Shown here piece after piece: positions 28,111 to 41,043 of a DNA stretch of 64,000 nt. The position numbers and the translations under genes are program-made. Position 1 is the first letter of the stretch; each line of letters begins with the position of its first letter. This DNA comes from Octopus vulgaris (Eukaryota). Below the pieces are notes generated by a model. That model saw nothing but the letters and a program-made list of their open reading frames with translations. It ran no database searches and was not told the DNA's origin. Where the stretch lies: the NCBI GenBank assembly GCA_951406725.2, contig OX597830.1:44454001-44518000 (forward strand). Direction: 5' to 3'.

Positions 28111-30290
28111 GGGTCTTGATGGTCTAGCCTATGAATTTAATAAGAGTATTTCAGACTTCTTCAGGCACCTGCTGGCCAGTGTTTACGCCAATTGGCAGCA
28201 GACTGGAAGAATTCCCAAGTCTGCAAGCCAATGGGTGGTGACGCTGATCAGAAAGGACCCGAGCAAGGGGGATGAGATTAGTAACTTCTGGCCCAAAACT
28301 CTGCTAAACACAGAGTTAAAGATTTTGGCCAAGGCATTAGCAAAAAGGTTGGCGTGGGTTATGGACAGACTTGTAGGGAGGGCGCAAACTTGTGCCATCC
28401 CGGGCAGGTCAATCCGCAACTATCTCCATCTTCTACGCTACACCTTAGAGGGAGTAAGGAATCTTTCTGGCACAGGAGGGGCACTGGTACATTTAGACCA
28501 GTCTAAAATGTTTGATAGGGTCAACCATCAGTACTTGGCGGCAGTCCTCAAAAAGGCTGGCCTAGGCCCGACCATCCGTGGTTGGATTGCTGCTTTGTAC
28601 AGTGACATCGAGTCTGCAGTCAAAGTAAATAGATTCTTCTCGAAACCATTCAGGATCAAACGCTCAGTGTGTCCGGGGTGTCCCCTGTCTCCGCTTTTGT
28701 ATGTACTGGCTCTTGAGCAATTGCTGCAGAAGTTGGAAGCACTAGGAGGTGCACCAAATGATCTCTGGTGCAGAGGTGGAGCTACAGCATATGTGGATGA
28801 TATCTCCATCATTGTGGCATATGAGAGCCAGCTCCCAGTGGTGGAAGAGGCCATCAAAAGTTATGAAGTGATGGCAGAAACAAGGACAAGTCGGTCGGTT
28901 TCCAACTTGGCACTTGGAGAGGCAAGCTGATGACGTCCAATAACGTTGGAGGGTGTTGGATGGAAGGTCCTGTTAAGCTGCTTGGGTCTGGTTTGGACCA
29001 AACCGCCAGATAGAGAAAAATTGGAGTGAGGTAGCCAGTAAAGTGACTGCTATAACCCAGACCTCATCTGTGCAGGCGTTATCCTTGCTAGGGAAGGCAG
29101 AGGTAGTGCAGATGTTTATAGCATCTGTTATCACCTACCGTCTGACCATGGTGCCGTGCCCTGATTTGTGACTGAACAAGTTAGAGAGAATTCTTTTCCA
29201 CTCTCTGTGGAAAGGAGAAAAGCCTCTTGTGAAGCACTGTCTGTTGCCAGAAGCCACTAAAGGGTGGGCTAGGGATACCTTGGCTGAGGATGCAAAAATT
29301 TGTGTTAAGGCTGAGGCACCTCTGGCTTTATCTGGATGGAGAGGTTAACATCCTTAACAGACATTGGTACATGGATCAAGCAGAGACTTAGGCTGGAGGA
29401 TTGGCAACTGGAGTGCCGACAGGCACTTTAGCTACTCTCTCGGGTGGGCAATGTCGGCAACAGAAGTTCCACCGCGGATTTTTATAGCAAGTTAGTGGGA
29501 TTCATGTCTGAAGTCATCTTGGGGGAGACCCTGGGCTATGATGAAAATCAGTAGATCAACCTGTTCAGGAGGATAATAACCAGAAATCCCTAGCTTGGCA
29601 GTGCTTCTGTGTAGTGTTACCAGTTTGTGATAAGCTGTCAAGGCATGGAAGTGCTATCTTGATATCATGTCTGAGGTGTGGGCAGGACAGGGAAACCATC
29701 TTGCACGCATTCGTGGGATGTCTGGAATTATCGGGATTGATAGTTTTCAAAGAACAACTGTTGTCATCGATGGGAAGAGTACAACTATCAGCTGAGTCCA
29801 TCATCGAGATTGTGCCGCCTTCTTCCCTTAGCGGGGAAAGGAAGGCCTGTTTTTACTGTGTGGTAGCCAATTTAAAAGAAACGGTATGGAAGACACGTGT
29901 GAAAGGGATTGTGACAAGTACCTTTGTATACAGCCAGGGGTTGGTCAACTTTTTTAGTTACCACCTCAGCAGCAAGATCAGGCTGGAGAAGCAGTATCTG
30001 TCATGTGAGAATTCAAGAAGAGATGGAAGCCTGTGGTAAGAAAGCTGGGAGTGATTGGCACCAAGTAAGTGGAGCCCTGGAAGAAAAGCAAAGGGCCAAC
30101 ACTGATGTCAGATGCCTTTCCTTCGGTGTCACATTGCATAACGCAATGTATTTTATTTTATTTTTAATTTTTCACTTTTTTCATTTTTTTAATCGATTCA
30201 TAACAACGCTTTAAGCAACTTCACCATTCTATGTTTGTCTGTCCTTGTTTGTCCCCTCTGTATTATGCCTACATGGCAAATTTATTGAAA
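28111..30290 (+). mobile_element. L1/Tx1-clade LINE ORF2 remnant (RT + CCHC)
   Basis: [53 protein letters not shown] and CLRC....ETILHAFVGC. Stops and frameshifts after 28930. Confidence 0.9.
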
Positions 30291-30292
30291 TA

Positions 30293-30692
30293 AAGTAGCT
30301 TGCTTACCAACCACATGGTTCTGGGTTCATTCCCACCATGTGGCACTTTGGGCAAGTGTCTTCTACTATAGCCTTGGGCCGACCAAAGCTTTGTGAATTT
30401 GATTTGGTAGCTGGAAACTGAAAGAAGCCCGTCGTATATATGTATATATATATATATATGTATGTATGTGCATGTATATGTTTGTGTGTCTATGTTTGTT
30501 CCCCCAACATTGCTTGACAACCGATGGTGGTGTGTTTATGCCCCCGTAACTTAGCAGTTTGGCAAAATAGACCGAAAGAGTAAGCACTAGGCTTACAAAG
30601 AATAAGTCCTGGGGTCAATTTGCTCGACTAAAGGCTGTACTCCAGCATGGCCACAGTCAAATGACTGAAACAAGTAAAAGAGTAAAAGAGAG
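30293..30692 (+). mobile_element. Composite tRNA-derived SINE (second family)
   Basis: gtagcttgct.accaaccacatggttc.gggttca.tccca (B-box-like) ... cagtcaaatgactgaaacaagtaaaaga. Copies at 31446-32045, 20160-20510 and 58230-58362 (-). Confidence 0.75.
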
Positions 30693-31611
30693 TATTCTTA
30701 GTGGTTAAGTAAAGTAGTAAAACCTCTTTGATGAAGTGTAAGCAAATGTTGAAGCTGGTCAAATATCTTTTCTGATAACAAAGATAAAAGCAAGAAGCTT
30801 AAACTTATGAACTCTGTTTCACATTATAGTTTAAAGTATGCGTCAACTAAGAACACATACTTGTAAGTTTACCTTATAGCTTTTTATATATTATGTAAAT
30901 ATACTTACGACCATTTATGATGGGATCAGATTTTAAAAGGATTAATACTTACCAAGTCTCTAACTAAAATCTGCAAGAATCAAAAAAGTAAATACTGTTA
31001 GTTAAAACATTAAATCCATGCAATCATTTTCAGAGAGTAAGAAGCAGAAGGTGCCAAAATGTAGGCTAATCCTTTAATCGAGGGAGTACCCTGTCTAATA
31101 TGTACTTGGTTAATATGGAGAGGTAGGCCTAAAACCAGAATAGGTGCTGAAGTTTCATCAAACAATGCATCAAAAATTGCTGAGTGTGATATAAAACTAA
31201 ATAATGAAAGCCTTTTGATAAGGCTACCTGATTGCAAAACACTCTGAGAAATGTTACATACGGCTGTTTTACAAACGGACTTCTCAAACAACTTTCTGAA
31301 AATATATAATTAGGTTGACATGTATTGCATTGTGACTAACAGACCACTTTGAAAACGATAAATTTTTGTTTATGTTAAAATAAATATTATTTACATAAAG
31401 ACTGAATCACAATTTGTACGAGATATACATAGAAACAGAGTTCATAGGCGCAGGAGTGGCTGTGTGGTAAGTAGCTTGCTAACCAGCCACATGGTTCCGG
31501 GTTCAGTCCCACTGCATGGCATCTTGGGCAAGTGTCTTCTGCTATAGCCCCAGGTCGACCAATGCCTTGTGAGTGGATTTGGTAGACGGAAACTGAAAGA
31601 AGTCCGTCGTA

Positions 31612-31660
<49 letters not shown>

Positions 31661-31705
31661 GTGAAACAAGGTGGAAAAAAGAGTATCAAATACCAGTGGT
31701 AGAGT

Positions 31706-31808
31706 AATATGCTTTATTTTAGCAGTTCAACAAAATCTGTTACTCTGAGTTTCTCGGCAAGAGAAACTCAGAGTAACAGTTTTGTTGTTTTCTGCTGCTT
31801 AAAATAAA

Positions 31809-31813
<5 letters not shown>
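31706..31813. repeat. ~105-bp hairpin repeat nested in a SINE microsatellite
   Basis: ctgttactctgagtttctc-ggcaa-gagaaactcagagtaacag forms a 19-bp perfect stem, with outer pairing ctttatttta/taaaataaag. Confidence 0.85.
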
Positions 31814-31858
<45 letters not shown>

Positions 31859-32181
31859 TTGTCCCCCTAGCATTGCTTGATAACCGATGCTGGTGTGTTT
31901 ACGTCCCCATCACTTAGCGGTTCGGCAAAAAGAGACCGATAGAATAAGTACTGGGCTTACAAAGAATAGGTCCCGGGGTCGATTTGCTCGACTAAAGGCA
32001 GTGCTCCAGCATGGCCACAGTCAAATGACTGAAACAAGTAAAAAGGGAGAGATTAGCAGGCATACATTACTCCTAATAAACTTCCTTTACCATCATTCAT
32101 TCCTACCATTTATCCATGTCTACCACTATCAATTACTTTCTCACACTTTCTACCAAACTCTCTTTCTACCATCACACATTG

Positions 32182-32214
<33 letters not shown>

Positions 32215-34123
32215 ATCTTGGTTCTTCTACCATTGCTGTCACTTTCATTCATATTCATATTCTACTTTCTGGAGTAGTTGATGAATGGACAGAGATATGG
32301 AGTTGAGAGGACTCTTTACCCTTCTTCAGGTCGTAACTATCTCTGTAGTTGTGGTGCCAGGATAAAATGCTTCCCGTACTCACTGAAAAGTAGTTGCTGT
32401 TAGGAAGGATGTTTAACTGTGGAAACCAAACCAAAAATAGAGCATATAAGCAAGATGTGGTCCTTCACCTCTCTCAATAAGTATCTTGAAATAAGAGTTA
32501 ATGTGGACAGCGATCCATGCCAGCATGGAAAGTGAACATAAAATTTTGTTTGTGTGTGCTTGAGTGGCGATTTTACTCAATATACAGTGACATACATTAT
32601 TTTCTCTCTCTTTTACCCTCATATATCTTTATTACTAGCTTTCAGTCCACCCTCTCTCTTTCTCTCTCATTTACTCACTCCTACATTACTCTTCTATAAC
32701 ATTAAGTGTTCTTACATTTCCATTTCTCTTTCTGTATCACTTTGTTTCCCCACTCACTTTCACTTGCCCATCACATCACTTATGCTGCTTTTCCATTTTA
32801 CCTCTTTACCAACAACCTCTATGTACTGCATCTACCAGCATATAACATGCACTCTCGCATAAGACACACCCCTACTTTACAAGTATATTTTGATAAAAAA
32901 CAAACAAATTCTGTATGTTTCATCATACGCTTACAGAAAGATATTTTAAAGTGGTTTTGTTTGGGGAAAACTATGATTCTGTGCATATGAATACAATGCT
33001 GTGACAGTTTACTAGACTATGGTATGAAACCATAAGTTTATCATATATGAACTACGCTATATGAATACCATATTTGCACTCCACCTTCTTTCGGATCGAC
33101 TGTGTAGTTGTTTACATTTTGGTCAAGAGAACTGCCGTACAGAATTACCAGACATATGAAACTTGTATTTTAGGTTATGGTGATTTTTGTTACCATGATT
33201 GGTGACCACTATAGATTTGTTTCCATCCACTCACTGTAAATAGCTGACCAGTGGAACAAAGGTTAATATTCCTTCAACTTTCTTCGAGAAGTTTCATTTA
33301 GATAATAAAAAAATGTTCCTTAAATGTAACACAGTTTTTAAATTATGTAAGACACATGTCAGGTGTGGGTTATGTATTCTTGGGAAAGAGGTATAATGAG
33401 ATGGTGAGACCTCCTGTCAGCAATTATTCGTAACTTTGTGCTAACACACTATGATAATTTGGCTTGTTTCCAATATTATATTATTGGCAACAATTATTGT
33501 GCTTACTGAATTTATGCTTATCCAGTTCCCCACACTACAACACTTGGTCTTCCATCTGTAATATGGCCATATAAGATGCAGGACATCTTTTGATATGTTT
33601 AAAATAAAACAAAAGATCTTATATGCTGGAAAATATGGTAACTCAAAATAAGAACTGATTTAGGCCATGATGGCCTGTCCAACATAAGCCAGCATAGTAA
33701 GCAATGCAAAATGATCATGATGACTGAAGCCATTCCCTCTCCTTGTCAGGCTCTAGACTTCAGGGTTGCCACTATTTAAAGTCAGTACAATAACAGGTAG
33801 GTGTAGCGAGATTGGGGATGCTGAATACTAACAAGCAGATGTAGGCTGGAATTCAAAAATCAAGATGGACAGAATTCTTAGTCAGATACCTCATAAATAA
33901 TGAGCAAAAGTTTAGATTTTTCTGAGTGACTGAAATTGGAAAACATTTAAAAGAGATATGGATAGATAAGATAACTGAGGTGATCAGAGAGTACGATAAA
34001 ATAAGTAAAGTTAAATTAATTATATACAAAACAATAATAATAACACCTCACTCAGGACTGACAGATAAACAGGGTACATTTTAGAAGACCCTCCAACAGA
34101 CTAACATGCTGCTAAGAAATGCC

Positions 34124-34460
34124 GAGGACCAGATTCTGACAGATGGTAATATTAATGGTAATGCTGAGCAAAGCTACTGTGGACCAAATTATCATAGCTG
34201 ATAATTTTAGTGAACATGTTGGGCAATACAGCTGAGGAGCAGATTATTGCAACTGGTGATTTTAATGAAGAAGTGGGGTAATAATGCTGAAGACAAGAGT
34301 TTCACAGTTGGTGATTTTAATGGACATGTTGGCCAATACTGATGAGAACTAGATTTTCACTGCTGGTTATTTTCATGGACATATTGTACAATAAGGCTGA
34401 GGACCAGATTATCACTGCTGGTGACTTAAATGGAAATGTTGGGCAATACTGCTGAGGAAG
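34124..34460 (+). repeat. 55-bp-period minisatellite, 6 diverged units
   Basis: Unit starts at 34124, 34179, 34234, 34289, 34344, 34399 and 34454. Consensus approx. gaggaccagattatcactgctggtgattttaatggacatgttgggcaatactgct. Confidence 0.88.
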
Positions 34461-34989
34461 AGATTAAAGAAGTGTATATTGGTTTGGACATGTGATGCGT
34501 ATGAATGAAAACAGCTGATCACTGAGAGTGGATGGTACCCGTGAAATGAAGTGATATCTTGAGGGTATTCCACTTTGCCATCACTAGACTCACCCTGGCT
34601 CTTCTCAACCATCCCATTTATATTCTGGTCCCTGTTCCTTGTGAGTCTTCCCTGGCACTTCACCACCATCTCTTTCCTGCTCTCTTCTACTCTCCCACTT
34701 TCTCTTGCTCTCTTCCACTCTCTCTTCCTCTTGCATTATCCCTTGGAGTGGTTAACCATGTATCTCCTCTACAACAACACACCAGTTACTGGCCTCAATC
34801 TTAATCACTCCTTCTATCTCTCTCTGACTGACTAACCATGTATCTCCTCTACAGCAAGACAGCTATTGCTGTCTCTCTGTCACAATCAAACCTTTCACCA
34901 TCTGACACAAGCTCATCTCCTCCAATGCCACCTTCCCTCTCAAAGGATCTCCACTTGTTCCAAGCTAGAGCATCAGTTTCCCAATCACT

Positions 34990-35410
34990 TTTGTTCATAT
35001 CTAGTTTCTTCAGCTTATCCTTGACACAGTCTTTATACCTTTTCCACAGCTTATGTTGTGGTCACTTACCAGATTGAGTTCACCATAAAAAAGATGCTTT
35101 GGCAATTGCTCATCTTTCTTTCTAATAACATGTGAAATCCATCTCGTTTGAGCTAAGATAACATCGTGTTCAATTGAGCTACAACATTCATACATCTGGT
35201 ATCTGGTATGAAACATTCTCACTTGACTCCCAAGATATGTTTGAGGCTCTTTTGATGAAATCTCTCAGAAATTTTCACATGGCACTTGTATATATACATA
35301 TATATACAGAATAGGAAGGGTTCAGACCACAGATGATCTAAACTAATTGGTAAGCTATATGAGTGTTCCAGCTGATAAGATACCAGGATCCAAATTCACA
35401 ACAGGTGCAG
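34990..35410 (-). mobile_element. RTE (BovB-like) 3' fragment
   Basis: AQTRWISHVIRKKDEQLPKHLFYGEL matches QLRW.GHV.RM.D.R.PK.L.YGEL. Confidence 0.7.
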
Positions 35411-35984
35411 GAGTTGGGGGTCAGTAGCCTACTTCCAAGTCAGAGGGTATAAATTAAAGGAAGAGGAAAACATAACCAAGGCAGGACAAGCTTATAAGAT
35501 CATTTAAATTATTTTAATTATTATAAGCATGAATTGAAGTAAGCAAGAGTAAATAATAATATCATAGATATGTGTATCATCATCATCATCATCGATTAAT
35601 GTCCATTTTCCATACTGGCATGAGTTGGATGGTTTCACTGAGGTCTGGAGAGCCAGTGGCTGCACCAGGCTCCAATCTGTTCTTTCTACAGCTGGATGCC
35701 CTTCCTAATGCCAACTACTCTGAGAGTGTAGTGGGTGTTTTTTACATGCCCACTGGCACAGGAGCCAGTCACTGGGTACTGGCACCAGTCACGATTGGTT
35801 GGTACTTTTTATGTGCCACCAGCATGAGAGCCGGTCTGGATATATATTTATAGTTGAGGTGTGTTCTGTTAAGAATGTATAAGAGTACAAATAGAACTCG
35901 TTTACTCTTAGAATTCTCAAATAGTTGGTAGTATTCTTATGGTATGCTACCAATTCTAGTCTTAAGTATTCTTTGTGTGTGAAA

Positions 35985-36277
35985 ATAAAAAGTATAAAGT
36001 AAAAGAGTCAAAAGGAAGAGCAAGTGTTGTTAGGCAGCTTTCTAATCACTGCAAATGTTTTGATACATACATATCCTTGTATATACAGGATTTAAAGACA
36101 AATGTAAATTAAATTATGTAACAATTTACCTGTATAAGAAGATCTATATGTATCTCATCAGGTGATACTCAGTTGCTGTCTCCGTATATACGAGGAAACA
36201 TTTGCAGTGATTAAAAAGCTGCCTAATTGTACTTACTCTTCCTTTTGATTCTTTTACTTTTTACTTTTTATATTTTT
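35985..36277. repeat. Foldback element (~75-bp inverted arms) containing a decayed minus-strand hammerhead motif
   Basis: 35985-36060 is about the reverse complement of 36196-36277. The minus strand of 36045-36166 reads ATCAC-CTGATGA-GATACATA...TATGTATC-aAAAC-attt-GCA-GTGAT. Confidence 0.7.
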
Positions 36278-36309
36278 TTGTAGTTTCAGCTCAGAGCTGT
36301 GGCCATGAT

Positions 36310-37632
36310 GGAGTACTGAGCCTCCTCTAATATGTGGCACTTGGTGAAGAATGGAGTTTAATGTAGCTACCCTCATTTGCACCTCTTACTGTGAAGTAGT
36401 TCGTTTGGGACTCTTGATAGGAAGAGGTCCAGCCTTAATTTTAAAACGCCTACATCTACTTTGTGCAGGTTCCTCAGGATTGTTGGGAGAATATTAAAAA
36501 GCTTTGGGCCCCTGAAACCCAGGCTGTTGCAGTAACTGGTCCTGGAGCGTGATGACATTGCTGGGATCTTTGGCACTATGCAGTGTCGACCCATTCTGGC
36601 ATTGGTGTAGCTTTCAAATGCCAAAATTTAGCACAATTCCTTCCAGGATCTCCCAGATGTAAATTACTGCATACGTCTCCTGCCTTTGCTCCAGTGAGTA
36701 GAGTCTTAGCTATTTCAGCCTTTCCCAGTAGCTGAGCTGTTGCAAAAATATGATCTTCTATGTGAAGCTTCAAGGTCTGCTCTTAATTTTTACATGGTTG
36801 GGTGACCATAGCTGTGAGCAGTAATCCAGGCAGCTGAGGACAAATGTCCTCCAGAGGACCATCATGGTTTCCTTATCTCTTGTTCTGAATATTCTCAAGA
36901 TCCAGCCATCCAGTCGTCTGTACTTTCTCACCATTCTGGTAATGTGCACTTGAAAAGAGGTATCATCACTCATGTCGATACCCAGGTCCCTCACTGATTT
37001 AGGCTCTGGGATTGTAATTCCCTGTGGACCAATGTACCCTGTAAGTTTTATATTCAGTTTTGGATGCTAGTAGCGCAGGGCTTGGAATTTTTCAGCATTG
37101 AACTGCATATTATTATCTTCAGCCCATCTATAAATTAAGTCCAACTCCTGCTGCAGATGTGCAACATCGCTGGAGTTCTGCATTTTTTGCGAGAGATTCA
37201 TATCAACTGCATAGCTAGCAAGGGTGGCTATCCGGGCAGTTGAGGGCATATCTAAGAAGGCCACTATGAAAAGCAGTGGTCCCAAGACAGTGCCCTGCGG
37301 AACACCACTCAGTATTTGTGTTTTCATTGAGGTGGCTCCATTGGCCAATACTGCTTGACTTCTATCTTTCAGAAAGTCATGTAACCACTCTCCAGGTTTT
37401 TCAGCTATGTCAAGATCATGCAGTTTGTAGCCCACTTTGTCAAAAGCTTTTGCAAAAACAAGGTATATAACATCCACATTTGAGTTGTTGAGTAACTGCC
37501 TCAACACCCAGTCATAATGTTGTAAGAGCCAGGACTGGCAGCTCTTGCCTGGTTGAAAGTCATGCTGGGTATCACTCAGCAAGTTATTTTCTTCAAGGAA
37601 TGTGATTAGTTTCCCTCTGACTATCCATTCCA
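36310..37632 (-). mobile_element. CR1-clade LINE RT and 3' remnant
   Basis: QHDFQPGKSC, DVIYLVFAKAFDKV, SGVPQGTVLGPLLFI, YAVD, RDLGI and LDYCSQLWSP. Confidence 0.88.
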
Positions 37633-39127
37633 TGTTGAAAGTCGTATGAGATCTCCCTGCATCCTCCATCGTTTGAGTGAAGGCAATGCCAGCCGTTGGA
37701 GATGTTCCTCTTACGCAAACTTAGACAAGCCCGCGCCCTTTCGGATGGCCAAGTGCTGAACTCGTTCAAGGTGCTGAATGTCTTTCTGGAGATATGGGTT
37801 TGAGGTATGGATGCAATATTTGAGGATGGGTCAAACTAGAGTGATATATACAGGCCAAAAGACGTCCAACTGCACAACAGAAATGGATATACAAGAAACA
37901 TGATGCATTTAATAAAAAGTCAATGATGAGAGCATAAGCGACAGCTAAATCAAATAGAAACCAAACATACAGAAGAAAGAAAGGAAATTCCAATGGAAGC
38001 GTTTTATGACATATTCGACGTGCCAGCACTGAAAGAGTTTGAGGCTAGAAGGAGCAGTAACAGAAAGCAAAAATAGACTGAAAATTTACAAATAATTTCT
38101 ATGTGGATAAGGTGATGAACTCTCTAGGGAATCAAAATCTCAAAAAGGGAGAGGTGTTGGAGAGAAAAAATATTCCAAATTTTGTTTCCTACAGAAGTCG
38201 AAATCTCAAAGGGAAGATGTGGAGAGACACCCCCAGTATAAATAGATTTGATTCAACAACTTTAAATAGTAGTGGTCTGAATGAGAGAGAGATAGTAGGC
38301 GTTAATCACCGTGAAATCATAAGGTATTATTTGGATAATTTGTTGGAATATTGTTGGTTGGTTCATGTATAGTTCATGAAGAGTTTGTTGGATTGTTACG
38401 TTGTTGCTACCCTGCTTTGTCTTATGTTTATTGTTACTGCACAGTTATAGAGTAAAACAAATATCGGTAAAGTACACCCATACGGCTTTCATTTAGGAAA
38501 AAAAACCTTGGATTTTTTGTGTGGAATCGGAAACCCTGATCTCCTAATGTTTCGCAAACCCCTTATTTTTGTTTGGGAAAAAGGGCGGGTGAGAAACTGG
38601 ACATCTCCCACATCCCGATATCATTTGAAATTTTTTTTCCATTGAATGAATTATGGTGACCTCCTAATATGCCACAAAACCTTTTTTTGTCAGGGAAACA
38701 GAGTAAGGTGGGGGTGGATTCCTCGGAAGTTTCACCTCCCCCCACTCCAACCCCATTGGAAGTACACTCACATGATTTTCACTAATAAAAAAGATACACT
38801 CAGATTTTTTGCATGGAATCAAGTACTCTGACCTCCTAATGTGCTGCAGACCTCTTATTTTTGCTTGGAAATGCATGTCTTCTGCATCTAGAGCTCATGC
38901 ATCACTACCATGGAGTATAGTCACTTGTGCACAAGCATTTCTCTCTACATGTCACAATACAATCTTACCTCATCTGTAAATCTCGTTATTTTCAGATCCT
39001 TATTTCAAGCTCTTTGTTGGTCTGCTTCCAGCAGACTGCCCTAAACTGTAAACTTCTAATTTTTTAAACATTGAATCCAAAGAGGACAAAAGTGGTTTTG
39101 ATCAAATAATTTTGAGACTATATTTAC

Positions 39128-39256
39128 CTGGTGTATTTCTTCTGTAAATATTCCAACCACCCACATAATAAGAAGCCATTCTAGAAAAGACATCTGCGGT
39201 TTCAGCTCAACAAGTAACACATAGCTATAGATGCCAAGGAAAATTATGTAAAATAT
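39128..39256 (-). CDS. TRPM-like channel, S1-S2 exon (IFYIIFLGIYSYVLLVELKPQMSFLEWLLIMWVVGIFTEEIHQ)
   Basis: tttcag|ATA...CAG|gtaaat, 129 bp, phase 0->0. Matches FL..FSY.LL, EW....W and EE.RQ. Confidence 0.94.
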
Positions 39257-40003
39257 CTGAAAGAGAAAAAGAATTTGAGGAAAATTATATTTATTGTCGC
39301 AAGGATTTGATGACAAGTACTTGATTATATTCAAACAAAGGGAACACATGAGAGAAGATTAAAAACTGAAAACCCATTTTTATTTTCTCTCATGTATTCT
39401 TTTTATATCTGCTGTGTTTAAATGTAAACAATAAACTAGAAGGGTGTAAGTAAAATTGTCAAAATCTATGCTTTGAGCATGTGTAAATGTGAATATGTGC
39501 ATGTATAGTTGTGCAATAAATCATATGCATGCATGTCTATGAATGGGTATGCATTCTTTTATATGTATGTGTATAAGTGTATGGGTGTCTGCATGTCATC
39601 ACAATACTGTGCATGTGTGTATATGTGTTTGTGGTTATGTGTTTCAGTATATTTATGCATATGTATATGTGTGCAGTTGTGGGTGTAAGCATGTGGGACG
39701 AGTATCTGTATATGCATAAGTGACTCTGTGTACGTAATATGTGTGTATGTGTATCAGTACATATGTGTGTGCCTATATCAATAGTTACATGAATATTTCC
39801 AAGTGTGTACTTCCTATCCACACACACATAGTTGTGTTCTTAAGAAGGTTGTTTTAAAATCTTGATACTGTAGGTTCAAATCCACAGCATAGCATCTTGG
39901 GCAAGTATCTGCTACCGTAGCCTCCAAGTGGCCAAAGCAGGGTGAGTAAATTTTATGTCTTGAAGAAGAAAAAAGTTTTAACATTTCATACTCTTCTCTC
40001 TCT

Positions 40004-40039
<36 letters not shown>

Positions 40040-41043
40040 TGAGAGAGAGGGAACTTATATTTTGTTTCTTTTTAGGTTCATATTTGCTAATGAGGATACA
40101 AATTAATGAGATGACAACAACTGGAATATTCTTTGTTGAAACCTAAAAATGAGCTGTTAACTTCTTATGAGGAGAAGTGAAAGATGGAGTTTAGTATATG
40201 AGAGGAACGGAACCCAGGAAGGAACAGAGGCTGTGTTTCTAAACTTCCAAGCATTAAAATGCTACAAAAACAGAATTATCAAAATAGCAATTCAAATTTT
40301 TAAATCTTTAACTAAGACAGTGAAATAATAAAAACTTGAAGTTTTGGCACAATGCCAGCAATTTTAGGGGTGGGTAAGCTGATTACATCGATTGACCTTG
40401 ATTGGTACTCATTTTATCAACCTCAAAAGGATTAAATATAAAGTCAACCCCAGTTGAATCTGAACTTGGAAAGTAAAGGCTGGAAGAAATAGCGCTAAGA
40501 ATTTTACCTGGTGCAGTAATGATTTTGTAGGTTCACTACCTTAGACAATTAAGTAATATTAATTTCTAACTGAGGAACCAAGGATCAAATTTTAGAAGAT
40601 AGTGTAATCATTAAAATCAAAACTGGCATTTAATTGATACCTTATTTTTCCGACCCAGATGGATGAAGAGCGAAGTTAATCTCAGGAAAATCTGAATTTA
40701 GAACCAAGAAAGACTGGAACTAAATACCTCAAAGTATTGTGTTTGATTCTCAACTACTTTTATCAAATATTAAATACAAATTAACTTATTTGAATATGCT
40801 AATATTTCACTGAAGTTTAATATCTGAAATAACTGCTCAAAATATTAAGTCCTCATGTGCAACCTAGTTCATCTAGTTTTAAAAGTGTTATTCACAAGAA
40901 GTGAGAAACTAGAAGAAGAAATCAAGCACCTTAGTAAAATTTGTTTTAAAAAAGGAAATGTTTTCTTCTCTCTAAAAATTAATTTGAAAGGAACATTTAC
41001 TCTCACAAAGAAACATTTTAAATATTTACATGTAGGTACATAC

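Noticed and set aside
31010-31295. 93-aa minus-strand ORF / possible 68-bp exon (31228-31295)
   Set aside because: No recognisable domain. In the phase-0 frame required by the upstream exon it stops at codon 4.
34124-34460. CRISPR-like regular array
   Set aside because: The units are contiguous diverged tandem copies without unique spacers, the context is eukaryotic and there are no cas genes.
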